Below, in pieces: positions 1 through 9,609 of a DNA stretch of 64,000 nt. Location of the stretch: NCBI GenBank assembly GCA_038889075.1, contig JAWAHS010000002.1, positions 140,930 to 204,929 of the forward strand. Direction: 5' to 3'. Position numbers and translations under genes: made by a program. The stretch is from Ignisphaera sp. (GTDB lineage: Archaea; Thermoproteota; Thermoprotei_A; Sulfolobales; Ignisphaeraceae). The number at the start of each line of letters is the position of its first letter. Position 1 is the stretch's first letter. A model generated the notes under the pieces. The model was not told the DNA's origin. It saw only the letters and a list, made by a program, of their open reading frames with translations, and did not search any database.

Positions 1-2
1 GG

Positions 3-1718
3 GTTTATATTGCTATGGTTACGGCAACACTTGGACACATGGTTGATCTGGTTACCGATGAAGGATTCCATGGTGTTAAAACCGAACAGGGTAAGTACAT
101 CCCTATATATGACTTTATAGCTAGGTGTAGAAATTGTGGATATCAACATGTTGGAGTATACGACTCATGTCCATACTGCGGTTCTCTGAATATATTTGTA
201 AGTTCATCGGTATACAACGTTTTAAAGAAGCTAGCCCTGGAGGTTGATAAAATATTTATTGCTAGCGATCCCGATACTGAGGGTGAAAAGATAGCTTTTG
301 ATGTGAAATCACTCCTTCTACCATACAATAAAAATGTGTATAGAATAGAATTTAGAGAGGTTACAAGGAGCGCATTTCTAGAGAGTCTTAAGAATCATAG
401 AGATGTAGATATCAAAAAAGTTGAGGCGCAAATAACGAGGAGGATAGCTGATAGGTGGATAGGATTTGAAGTAAGTTTATGGTTACAGAACTACTTTAAT
501 AAACCTTGGCTTGGTGCTGGCAGGGTACAAACCCCTATACTACTATGGAATGTAGATAGGTACAGGGAGTATAGAGAGAAGCTAGGATATGTAGTGAAAT
601 TTGATATAAATGGGTATACTGGAAGGCTATACCTAGGTAATATTGGTAGAGAGTATGTTGAGAGGATAGTGTCTATCATCAATGAAAAGGGATTTGAAGT
701 AGAGAATGTTAAGGTATACGAGAAGATTATACCACCACCACCTCCATATACAACAGATACACTATTGAGTGATGCTAGCAACTTTCTAACCTTTTCAGCT
801 TCGAAAACCATGTCGATAGCACAGACGCTATTTGAATTAGGTTTTATAACCTATCATAGAACCGATTCAACGAGGGTCTCGCCCATAGGGATAGCAATAG
901 CCAGAGAGGTGCTTAGTAGGGCTGGTATGATACAGCAGTTCACTCCAAGGACCTGGGATAGGGCTATAGAGGGGGAGAATGCACACGAAGCTATAAGGCC
1001 AACCAATCCCTACACCCCTGATGAGCTTATAGAGATGGCGGTACGGGGCGAGGTGGGAATCATTGTAAATATTGGTAAGGAGCATATCAAACTCTATGAC
1101 CTGATATTTAGACGTTTTATAGCGAGCCAAATGAGCCATGCAAAAATTAGATTTATGAGTGCTACTCTTAAGATTGATAGATATAGCGTGGATGTGGAGG
1201 TACCAGTAGAGATTATTGAAGAAGGATTCACTAAGGTATATAGAATAGTATACCTATTTCCTCAGTTAAAGGAATTATTAAATGTAGGAAGTATAAAACC
1301 TTCCTCAATTACTGTAACTAAGGGTTCTGATAGGGGATTGTACAGGGTTTCGGATTTGATTAGATTACTTAAGGAACATGGTATAGGGAGACCCAGTACT
1401 TATGCAAAAGCCATAGACAATAATATTAGACACGGTTATATAATACTAAGTAAGAGGAAGAAGGTAGCTATACCTACTAAACTTGGAATCGAAGTATCGG
1501 ATATAATAAGGGAGCACTTCGAAAATATTGTTGGAGCTAATGCTACACGAGATCTTGAGAAACTCATAGACTATGTTGAAGAAGGATCGATGGAGATCTA
1601 CGAGGCTCTTAACCGGATTAAAAGTGTCGTCGATGCTGTACAATCAGCAACTAGCATACAATCCTTAGCAGGATTGAATACCAGCACAGATTTAGCTTTA
1701 ATTACCTCGGTACAGTGA
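3..1718 (+). CDS. rgy: Reverse gyrase, C-terminal topoisomerase IA part (5' truncated by the window edge)
   Basis: Frame is open from position 3. GHMVDL, zinc finger CRNCG..CPYCG, TOPRIM ASDPDTEGEKIA, GAGRVQTP, catalytic Tyr in GFITYHRTDS, AHEAIRPT, GIGRPSTYA. Confidence 0.93.
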   Translation, partial: VYIAMVTATLGHMVDLVTDEGFHGVKTEQGKYIPIYDFIARCRNCGYQHVGVYDSCPYCGSLNIFVSSSVYNVLKKLALEVDKIFIASDPDTEGEKIAFDVKSLLLPYNKNVYRIEFREVTRSAFLESLKNHRDVDIKKVEAQITRRIADRWIGFEVSLWLQNYFNKPWLGAGRVQTPILLWNVDRYREYREKLGYVVKFDINGYTGRLYLGNIGREYVERIVSIINEKGFEVENVKVYEKIIPPPPPYTTDTLLSDASNFLTFSASKTMSIAQTLFELGFITYHRTDSTRVSPIGIAIAREVLSRAGMIQQFTPRTWDRAIEGENAHEAIRPTNPYTPDELIEMAVRGEVGIIVNIGKEHIKLYDLIFRRFIASQMSHAKIRFMSATLKIDRYSVDVEVPVEIIEEGFTKVYRIVYLFPQLKELLNVGSIKPSSITVTKGSDRGLYRVSDLIRLLKEHGIGRPSTYAKAIDNNIRHGYIILSKRKKVAIPTKLGIEVSDIIREHFENIVGANATRDLEKLIDYVEEGSMEIYEALNRIKSVVDAVQSATSIQSLAGLNTSTDLALITSVQ

Positions 1719-1789
1719 ACCTTAGTCCACAGTTGAAAGCCTGCCCTCTGAGGCTGGAGGAGATAGGATATAGGGGAACATTTCAATAA

Positions 1790-2080
1790 CTATGATTTCT
1801 GTATGGATATTTTTATATATGAAATCCTGCGACCCTTAATTAGTTGGCTACCTATCTCAACATTTCTAAGTGTAATTCTATCTCCAAGTCTTGTTAGTAG
1901 TATGTTATAGAGTGTTACGGCTCTGGAGATGTGCCTCCCTCTTCCAAGAATTTCTATAGAATTAACATCTCTATTCAGATTAACTATTGCTTCAAGGAGA
2001 TAATCTCTTAACGGTCTATTACCTAAAACTATAGTTCTCGTAGAGTCCTCAGATCGAAAGCTCAAATCCTTCAACCTCAT
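1790..2080 (-). CDS. Alba-family DNA/RNA-binding protein (Alba2-like)
   Basis: 96 aa. IVLGNRPLRDY...GRGRHISRAV...IGSQ...RISYIKISI follows the Alba pattern. Confidence 0.85.
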   Translation of the reverse strand: MRLKDLSFRSEDSTRTIVLGNRPLRDYLLEAIVNLNRDVNSIEILGRGRHISRAVTLYNILLTRLGDRITLRNVEIGSQLIKGRRISYIKISIQKS

Positions 2081-2320
2081 AATAGATTTAGCTCTTCACT
2101 GACTATTAAGTAGATATGATAATATATGAGAATATAAGTGTTATGGACAGTGACGTAGATGATCTGGTAAAAGGATTGGCTGTGGTCATCTTCTAGGTGC
2201 AGTAAAATGGTAGGCATACTCAATTCTAGCCCTAGGTATACAATCAATGAGTACAGCATTTCTAGGGTATGCAGCTACCTAGTATTATAGTGACATCACA
2301 TTATATATTTACAGCTACAT

Positions 2321-4096
2321 TTGGGCAAAACTATGGTTAGATACATAGAGGGTAAGAAAATCTCGAGTAGATATAGTATTGATATGAGAATTTACAGGGA
2401 ATATATTGTAGAACTCATAATCACTTTAGTAGTATTGATAGGTGAAACCTTAGCTATAGTATTGAATATAGATAGATTTAAAATTGCTTCACTATATGAA
2501 TTGGCTTCAAATCCTGTTAAACTCATTGTTTATACAGCATACGTCTTGAGTATAGTTATCGTTCCTATCCTTGTGATGCTGAGTTTTAATGCTGCTAAAG
2601 AATTGGTAGAGATATATAGAAGATTTAGTTTAAAGAGTTTAAGTAATGTTAACGTTAATTGGATAAGAAGAAATATATGGCTGGTGCCGGTATTAACGGT
2701 ACTGTCATTCACCTCAATTTTATTTGGTATCATCACAAATTACCGTTACATAGTACTATTCTCATTGATGCCTCTACTTCCACTCACTATAGTGATTTTG
2801 AAGCCTATTATAGAGGTGTACAACCATAGAAGATCAATCGATATTGAATTGAAATGGTTTCTAATAATGCTATCGATCATTGAGGGTATAGGTACTAATA
2901 TAGGGTTTTTAATTGAGAAATTAAAAAGAGCTCCCATTTTAAAATCTATAGCAAAGGAAATGATTGTAATAGATAGAGATTCTAAGATCTACTTTCTATC
3001 CCACATAGATGCGATGCTATATAGGGCGAGAGCCACCCCCAATGAGAAGCTCGGAAGAATTTTCATGGGATATGCATCCAAAGTTAGAGAGGGTGGCAAT
3101 GTGTCAGCATGGCTTAAAACTAGAATTGATGAAGAGATTCTAGGAAGCGAATTTAGTATGAAGCTATATGTTGAACGAATGGCCATAACTATAAGTCAGA
3201 TAGCACTGGTTATCTATGTCATTCTTCCACTAATCATGGTCTCTACTTCAATGGTTCTAAACATTCAGTTTGCAATAGTAATTGCAGTTCTAGCGACTCC
3301 TTTCCTTATATCAATTACCTATTCAATAAGACCTAAGACACTGGATGTCATACCTATAAAATATATAGTGCAACCGGTAATAGTATACATAGTACTTTCA
3401 ATTATTCTATATAACATCATACCAGGTTACTCCCTACTACTCTCATGGATTGTAGGGCTTGTGGTTGGCTATAGAACATATAGAATGGTGAAGGATGTAG
3501 AGGGTCTCGATAGAGATTCGCTGGAAATTTTAAAGAATGTTATAGAGCTTAGAAGAAGTGGATACAGCATTATAAAAGCATTGGAGTATATAAAGCAAAA
3601 CAACATATTGGACAAGGCGACATTAAGGAATCTCGAAATAGTATTGAATAGAGTGGTCCAAGGAAACTCGTTGGCAGAGATAGGAGCAAAAATCCAATCA
3701 CCATCATTTCTATTTCGATATGTAGTATTCATTTTAGGAGTTATCCACGAGTGTGGAGGAGGAGATGATGAAGTGCTTCGATCACTATATGAAAGCATTT
3801 ACAGGATAAAAATCATGGAGAATAACGTTAAAAAATTATCACTATTCTTTGAGATACTGTCAATAGTGAATGTATTTATTATGGTATGGATCTGGAGAAC
3901 AGTCTCCCCCCTAGTAATGGCATTAAATACATACTTGCTAGGAGATATAGGCGCTTCCTCGATTCCAATTCTCATACTTATATCGCTGATATGTTTCAAG
4001 TTCATCTCATCAGTTATTAAGAGGGGGTTGCCGATATTTGAACCGAGAGATTGTATAGCAATAGCTATAGGAGCTATAGCTGTAAATCTAATTTAA
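2321..4096 (+). CDS. Type II secretion F / TadC-like pilus platform membrane protein
   Basis: Multiple TM segments and two T2SSF-like soluble repeats (ATPNEKLGRIF...GG; LRRSGYSIIKAL...QSPSFLFRY...GG). Sits directly upstream of a pilin. Start is uncertain. Confidence 0.7.
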   Translation: MGKTMVRYIEGKKISSRYSIDMRIYREYIVELIITLVVLIGETLAIVLNIDRFKIASLYELASNPVKLIVYTAYVLSIVIVPILVMLSFNAAKELVEIYRRFSLKSLSNVNVNWIRRNIWLVPVLTVLSFTSILFGIITNYRYIVLFSLMPLLPLTIVILKPIIEVYNHRRSIDIELKWFLIMLSIIEGIGTNIGFLIEKLKRAPILKSIAKEMIVIDRDSKIYFLSHIDAMLYRARATPNEKLGRIFMGYASKVREGGNVSAWLKTRIDEEILGSEFSMKLYVERMAITISQIALVIYVILPLIMVSTSMVLNIQFAIVIAVLATPFLISITYSIRPKTLDVIPIKYIVQPVIVYIVLSIILYNIIPGYSLLLSWIVGLVVGYRTYRMVKDVEGLDRDSLEILKNVIELRRSGYSIIKALEYIKQNNILDKATLRNLEIVLNRVVQGNSLAEIGAKIQSPSFLFRYVVFILGVIHECGGGDDEVLRSLYESIYRIKIMENNVKKLSLFFEILSIVNVFIMVWIWRTVSPLVMALNTYLLGDIGASSIPILILISLICFKFISSVIKRGLPIFEPRDCIAIAIGAIAVNLI

Positions 4097-4151
4097 GTAA
4101 AACGTAATACATCTACACACTTTAAAAATCTAGGGATATCCTGGGGAGAAA

Positions 4152-4649
4152 ATGGCAGAGTACATATCTTTGAAGAGAATTACTACTAGAGCGATGAGTG
4201 AGCTACTAGCTTTAGTACTAGGTATAGCAATAACGGTGGCTGTAGGAATGACGCTCTACACATTCATACCAAACTATCTAACTTCAATGCAGCAACAACA
4301 GAAAATAGCCCTAGTAGTCCACGACGTCTTTTCGGTAAGTAGCAGTGAAGCTATATTAACACTATCTATAAGAAATCTTGGTACAAAGGAGGTAAAGGCA
4401 GTAAATATAACCATGCTATCGCCCGTAAATTTAAATGTCGAGTTAATAGCGCCTAGCATCAAGTATAAGGTAGTAAACTCTACGCTAGGAATAGATAAGC
4501 TGGGTTTGCCTCCAGGACATGAAAGCATACTAACAATTCGATTGAAGGGAAGCGATATAAGCGTCGGATCCAAGGTTGTCATAACAGTCTCAGCCAACTA
4601 TATAGATGGTAGTACAGCATCGGCATCGGTACAAGCTCTCATAGTCTAA
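4152..4649 (+). CDS. Archaeal type IV pilin
   Basis: Class III signal peptide (TRA|MSELLALVLGIAITVAVG), then a beta-rich domain (IRNLGTKEV). Upstream TATA (tttaaaaa) and GGGGAG SD. Confidence 0.8.
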   Translation: MAEYISLKRITTRAMSELLALVLGIAITVAVGMTLYTFIPNYLTSMQQQQKIALVVHDVFSVSSSEAILTLSIRNLGTKEVKAVNITMLSPVNLNVELIAPSIKYKVVNSTLGIDKLGLPPGHESILTIRLKGSDISVGSKVVITVSANYIDGSTASASVQALIV

Positions 4650-4678
4650 TCATGATAAAATATCTAGGTAGACCAATG

Positions 4679-4685
4679 TTTTTTT
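4679..4685 (+). terminator. Oligo-T terminator after the pilin gene
   Basis: T7 run 30 nt after the stop codon. Confidence 0.4.
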
Positions 4686-4716
4686 ATATTACGGCATTGC
4701 TATATTTCATGTTCAA

Positions 4717-4730
4717 GAAAAGTTTATAAA
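4717..4730 (+). promoter_or_regulatory. BRE/TATA promoter of tRNA-Tyr
   Basis: GAAAAG-TTTATAAA ending about 28 nt upstream of the tRNA 5' end. Confidence 0.7.
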
Positions 4731-4757
4731 ACTAGATAGCCTCTTCCTACAATAGAT

Positions 4758-4847
4758 CCCGCCGTAGCTCAGCGGCAGAGCGCCCGGCTGTAGTGGGGCA
4801 GGGCTGTAGATACCGGGTGGTCGGGGGTTCAAGTCCCCCCGGCGGGA
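4758..4847 (+). tRNA. tRNA-Tyr(GTA) with an 18-nt intron at 37/38 (4794-4811)
   Basis: Acceptor CCCGCCG/CGGCGGG plus discriminator A, D arm GCTC/GAGC, anticodon stem CCCGG/CCGGG, GTA at 4790-4792, T arm GGGGG-TTCAAGT-CCCCC. BHB motif present (CTGT/GTAG helix, 3-nt bulges). CCA not encoded. Confidence 0.97.
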
Positions 4848-5044
4848 TTTTAAATCTCCATCGTATTTCACTCTGATCACCATGTTATTAGAAATTTGTT
4901 TAAAATCATTTCTGATCATATAACATTTCCAATTCTGAAAGAACTACCATTTCTTTGAATAATTTACTAGTAAACTATCTAAATGAAACTCAGTTATCAA
5001 GAGATTAAAATTTAGGAAGACAGATTATAATATACGAAGATTTA

Positions 5045-5101
5045 ATGATGATGGAGGTGATCTCAGACCCTCCTAGGGATGATGGAAGATCAACCATCTG
5101 A
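5045..5101 (+). ncRNA. C/D-box sRNA (candidate)
   Basis: C box ATGATGA (5045-51), 12-nt guide, D' CAGA (5064-67), CCCT-cct-AGGG hairpin, C' ATGATGG (5079-85), 12-nt guide, D box CTGA (5098-5101). Canonical archaeal spacing, intergenic. Confidence 0.75.
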
Positions 5102-5497
5102 GGTAATTAGTCGAGTATACATTAGGGTCGCATAGATGAATTGTAACGGTATTTTTCAGACCATGAAAGTGTCATCATGTATCAGCTCCTGCCAGTAACA
5201 TCATAAAAGCTTACGATCCAATACATCTACTACAATCTTGTCACTGTATTTGGATTTAAAAATTTTGTGCGACATCTCTTTCGATAAACTTACAGAGTGT
5301 TTGAATTTATCTAAGGCATATTATCAATGGTGTGAAATAGCAAATATTTAGTTATCCAATTTAATAATATAAGCTAATCAGTTAAATAATATCTCTACCT
5401 ATAGACCATGTGATATGGCATGTATAATATGTATAGGGGATGAGATGCTATCAGTATATAAGCCTCTTCTAAATAAAATATATCGTTGGTGATAGAT

Positions 5498-6109
5498 GTG
5501 GGGCTCGTTAGGAGAACAGGTCCTGGAACAAAGTTGAAGGGTAGGAAGGTTGCTATAATAGTGGCAAATGAATTTGAAGATGTGGAGCTACTCTATCCAT
5601 TTCTAAGACTTAGCGAGGAAGGGGCTGAGGTAATAATCATGCCTGTTAAAACGGGTCTCCATCCACGGCCAGCAATTTCTGAAAAGCCTGTAACTGGTAG
5701 ATTTGGTACTCCGATACCGTTGATGGTGTTTGGAGAGGGTGAAAGGTATGTTATAAAGAGTTTGGATGAAGTTAAGCCTGGGGAAATAGACGCTCTAATA
5801 ATACCAGGAGGGTTCTCACCCGATTCACTACGTATAAATGAGAAAGTTCTAAGATTTGTAAAGGACGTATATGATGCAGGCAAGATAATTGCAGCCATAT
5901 GTCATGGACCGCAGGTACTAATTTCTGCAGGTCTTGTAAAGGGTAAGAAGGTTACTAGCTATAAGGCAGTAAAAGATGATCTAATAAATGCCGGTGCCAT
6001 GTTCGTTGACGAGCCAGCTGTAAGGGATGGTAATATAATTACCGGTAGGGTTCCCGATGATCTACCTGAATTTTGTCAGCTAATAATAGAAGCACTATCT
6101 TCAAAGTAG
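5498..6109 (+). CDS. pfpI: PfpI/DJ-1 family protease/deglycase
   Basis: FEDVEL, IIPGG, nucleophile AICHGP, DGNIITGRVPDDLP. Start placed at the GTG 5 nt after GGTGA. Confidence 0.88.
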   Translation: MGLVRRTGPGTKLKGRKVAIIVANEFEDVELLYPFLRLSEEGAEVIIMPVKTGLHPRPAISEKPVTGRFGTPIPLMVFGEGERYVIKSLDEVKPGEIDALIIPGGFSPDSLRINEKVLRFVKDVYDAGKIIAAICHGPQVLISAGLVKGKKVTSYKAVKDDLINAGAMFVDEPAVRDGNIITGRVPDDLPEFCQLIIEALSSK

Positions 6110-6173
6110 ATTGATGGTTGCTAACAACGTTTTTTAAATTATAATAATTCAAATTACGTTCTAGGTTATTGGT

Positions 6174-7052
6174 GTGACTAAAGAAGTTGAGAGGTATCCC
6201 CTACGTAACAAGCCATTCATATCGATAGCCATTCCATCATCATTTATATCAGAAGCGCCGGATCTGAGGGAGAAAACACGTAAAATCGGATACATTGGAC
6301 GGGCATCGGCTATTTTCCGTGTAGAGGAGGTCATGATATATGTAGATGATAATGACGAAAATGCTGAAATTATCACAAAAATTTTAAGGTATCAGGAAAT
6401 ACCGCCGTATCTGAAAAAGAGAATGGTAAGCAGGGATCCTATACTTAAATATGCCGGAATTTTGCCTCCCCTTAAAACACCTCATCATATAAACCCAAAA
6501 ATCTATGGTTTGAATATCCGTGAGGGAATTGTAGAGTATAGCAATAATATAAAGAGCATAGTCGATATAGGGATGGATAAGAAAGGCATTATGTATAACT
6601 CAATCCTGCCCATAAGGACTAGAATTACCGTGAGGATTGTTGAAGAAACGCAGGATTACTATATTGTAAAACCTATTGAGAAAAGTGATGTTGAGGTGTA
6701 CTGGGGGTATACGGTTAAAAAATTCGGTTCGCTTCGAAATCTAATAGACTATTCTATATCTAAAAGCTATATGATTATAGGAGCATCTAAAAAAGGTTCG
6801 ATGCTATACAGTATAGAGAGTGAATTGGGCAATGCTATGATAAGAGCAGGGAAGGTACTACTACTATTTGGAGGGCCTAGGCTTGATATAGATGAGATAG
6901 CCTTAAGTGAAGGCATAGATATAGATAGGTATTGTCACTATATAGTGAATTTCGTACCACGCCAGGGAGTAGAGAGTATACGTACAGAGGAAGCAGTATT
7001 CATAGTACTTTCTATAGTCAACTATCTTAAGGAAAAATTACTGCTGCAATAA
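6174..7052 (+). CDS. SPOUT RNA methyltransferase (DUF171/MTH1/SPOUT1 family)
   Basis: SIAIPSS, IGRASAIFRV, PPYLKK, GILPPLKTPHH, YWGYTV, QGVESIRTEEA. Confidence 0.88.
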   Translation: MTKEVERYPLRNKPFISIAIPSSFISEAPDLREKTRKIGYIGRASAIFRVEEVMIYVDDNDENAEIITKILRYQEIPPYLKKRMVSRDPILKYAGILPPLKTPHHINPKIYGLNIREGIVEYSNNIKSIVDIGMDKKGIMYNSILPIRTRITVRIVEETQDYYIVKPIEKSDVEVYWGYTVKKFGSLRNLIDYSISKSYMIIGASKKGSMLYSIESELGNAMIRAGKVLLLFGGPRLDIDEIALSEGIDIDRYCHYIVNFVPRQGVESIRTEEAVFIVLSIVNYLKEKLLLQ

Positions 7053-7135
7053 TGCACTAAAATGCGCTAAACCAATACTCGTATATTGAGGATTCAGATT
7101 TAATACTGTGTCACGTTATAGTAACGATAGCAGAA

Positions 7136-8395
7136 ATGGGGTGTTTATTAAGGATGGATACAATTGAAAAGGTTGTAAATGGATTCAAAGAGAGATACAG
7201 TCAAGAACCAAACAGCATCGCCTCTGCTCCAGGACGATTAGATTTTCTAAATACACATCAAGACTATAAAGGGCTGCCTGTTGTAGCTGTTGGAGTAAAT
7301 CTAAGAACATATGTAGCTATTAGAAAAAGTAATGAGAAATACTGTGAAATTTTTTCAGAGAATATAGGTCTTAAGGACGAATTTAATATAGACAATATTA
7401 GCCTTGTTAGAGGAAGATGGTTTGGCGACTATCTAAGGGCCTCCATAATTGCTCTGAGGAAACACGGATATGATGTAACGGGATTCAGGGCATATATCAA
7501 TAGTGAAATACCCATAGCATCTGGTTTAGGTAGTAGTGCTGCATTAACCGTTGCCTTCATAAAAGCACTGGATTCTGAGTTCAATCTCAAGTTATCTAAA
7601 AAAGAGATTGCAGAGCTCGCCTTTGAAGCTGAGAATCAGATAATGGGAATACCATGTGGGAGGCTAGACCAATACGCCTCATCATATGGAGGAGTGGTAT
7701 TAATTAATACAAGACCTCCATACAATGTTGATGAGCTAAGGTTTAGCAAAGGGCTATTCATAGTTGTCGACTCAGGAATAAGGCACTCAACAGCTGATAT
7801 ACATCCTAATAGGCAGAGGGAGATAGAAGAGGGTCTTAGAGAACTTCTGTCAATGGAGATACCCAATCACATTAGGAATAAACTCGGCTATAGATTTTGG
7901 GAACCGAAGTGGGAAGAGTTGTCAGAAGATGAGCTGAAGCCCTATCTTGCAAATATAAATAGAATTTCTCTAAATAGAATACTATTTACATTAAGAATGC
8001 ATAGATCAACAATCATTGCTATAAAAATCATGAAAGGTGAGAAAATCAGTATCGATGAGATAAGTACTGCAATAGAAATTAGCAAAGGTGAAGTAGAGGG
8101 CATTCTAAATACTAGTGATTGGGATTTAAGGCTCCTAGGTATTGTGATGCTATATCAACACCGACTCCTAGGCGAACTCTACAATGTAAGTCTACCAGAG
8201 TTGGATAGGATAGTAATTGAAATAACAAATTCGGGTGCATATGGTGCAAAGCTATCAGGTGCAGGTCTAGGGGGTGCAGTCATAGGTTTGGTAAAGGATT
8301 CTAAAATAGGTAAAAAGGCACTCAGTAAAGTAATAGGTAGCTATGCTACTAACGGATACATCGTTAATGTAGATATAGGTGTAACAGCTCACTAA
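7136..8395 (+). CDS. galK: Galactokinase (GHMP kinase)
   Basis: APGRLDFLNTHQDY, PIASGLGSSAA, CGRLDQ, GAKLSGAGLGG. Adjacent to galT. Confidence 0.85.
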   Translation: MGCLLRMDTIEKVVNGFKERYSQEPNSIASAPGRLDFLNTHQDYKGLPVVAVGVNLRTYVAIRKSNEKYCEIFSENIGLKDEFNIDNISLVRGRWFGDYLRASIIALRKHGYDVTGFRAYINSEIPIASGLGSSAALTVAFIKALDSEFNLKLSKKEIAELAFEAENQIMGIPCGRLDQYASSYGGVVLINTRPPYNVDELRFSKGLFIVVDSGIRHSTADIHPNRQREIEEGLRELLSMEIPNHIRNKLGYRFWEPKWEELSEDELKPYLANINRISLNRILFTLRMHRSTIIAIKIMKGEKISIDEISTAIEISKGEVEGILNTSDWDLRLLGIVMLYQHRLLGELYNVSLPELDRIVIEITNSGAYGAKLSGAGLGGAVIGLVKDSKIGKKALSKVIGSYATNGYIVNVDIGVTAH

Positions 8396-8399
8396 AAGG

Positions 8400-9386
8400 A
8401 TGGTGAAGTCTATGGAGTATAGAAAGGTACAGGAGCTTAGATGGGATCCTACACTAGGTGAGTGGATAATGGTATCTAACATCAGGGATTTAAGACCATG
8501 GCAACCTGAGAACTTCTGCCCCTTTTGCCCCGGAGCACCTGAAACTGGATTTGGGTGGGATACACTAATATTGAAAAATAGGTATCCTATGCTAAGTGAA
8601 GAACCCATTCCACCTGGGAAGTACAACTTCTACTCTACAGCACCATCCTATGGAAAATGCTATGTTGTAATAGAGACTCCAAAACACGACGTTGATGACA
8701 TAAGCGACCTGGACTATACTGAAATCTATAGAGTATTTGAAAATGTTAAGAGAAAAGAAGAGGAAGAAGCGAAGGATCCTAAGGCGGTATACTTCCTCTT
8801 CTTTAGGAATAAAGGTAGAGAGATAGGAGTTTCACTTACACATCCGCATTCACAGATATACGTTCTACCATTCATACCAATTAAAATACTGAGGGAATTG
8901 ATAAATTCAAACAGGTACTACAGTAAAAAAGGACGATGTCTATTTTGTGATATACTGAACACTGAAAGAGAGTACAGAGAAAGAGTAGTCGCTACTACAA
9001 AGTATTGGACTGCCTTCATACCATTCTATGCCCATTGGCCATTTGAGGTACACATATATCCGACGATTCATACGCAATTATTGTTGCAACTAGATTCTGA
9101 AATAGTTGAGGATATGGCTAGAATAGTAAGGAAGGTGTTATGCGGAATTAAAAATATATTTGAAAAGCCTATGCCATATATGATGGTACTTCACCAAGCA
9201 CCACTGAAAGGAAACTATAAATTCTATCATATGCATATAGAGATATACGGCATCTATAGAATGGTAGGGAAATTGAAGTATGCAGCAGGAATGGAAACGG
9301 GTGGAGGTAACTTTACATATGATAGTACACCAGAGGAAGCAGCACATATACTATACGGTGCTATAAGGACGAAATGTGAAGAATAA
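8400..9386 (+). CDS. galT: Galactose-1-phosphate uridylyltransferase
   Basis: CPFCPG, NRYP, NKG..IGVSLTHPHSQ (HxHxQ), CLFC. Confidence 0.92.
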   Translation: MVKSMEYRKVQELRWDPTLGEWIMVSNIRDLRPWQPENFCPFCPGAPETGFGWDTLILKNRYPMLSEEPIPPGKYNFYSTAPSYGKCYVVIETPKHDVDDISDLDYTEIYRVFENVKRKEEEEAKDPKAVYFLFFRNKGREIGVSLTHPHSQIYVLPFIPIKILRELINSNRYYSKKGRCLFCDILNTEREYRERVVATTKYWTAFIPFYAHWPFEVHIYPTIHTQLLLQLDSEIVEDMARIVRKVLCGIKNIFEKPMPYMMVLHQAPLKGNYKFYHMHIEIYGIYRMVGKLKYAAGMETGGGNFTYDSTPEEAAHILYGAIRTKCEE

Positions 9387-9609
9387 AAACTTACACGTTT
9401 TATCGCAAGTGCTAATGGATTTAATGCTTCCAAGATTTTCTAACTATTGAATGATATGACCATTAATTCTAATTTTTATCGAATCGTATTGATGGAGTTC
9501 CATAAGATACCTATAAACATCTTAAGAGATGAATGATGATAGATAGATTCTGCTAGTAAAATAGGATAAAACATTTATTAGCTAGAGATATACTTAATTA
9601 TATGGTGGG

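Noticed and set aside
4713-4919. 68-aa minus-strand ORF
   Set aside because: It is the antisense shadow of tRNA-Tyr.
4848-5485. Possible integrated element downstream of tRNA-Tyr
   Set aside because: No integrase and no duplicated tRNA 3' end (att site) seen; the gap is partly explained by the C/D sRNA.
9533-9560. Intergenic ATGATGA (C-box-like)
   Set aside because: No D box at a suitable distance.
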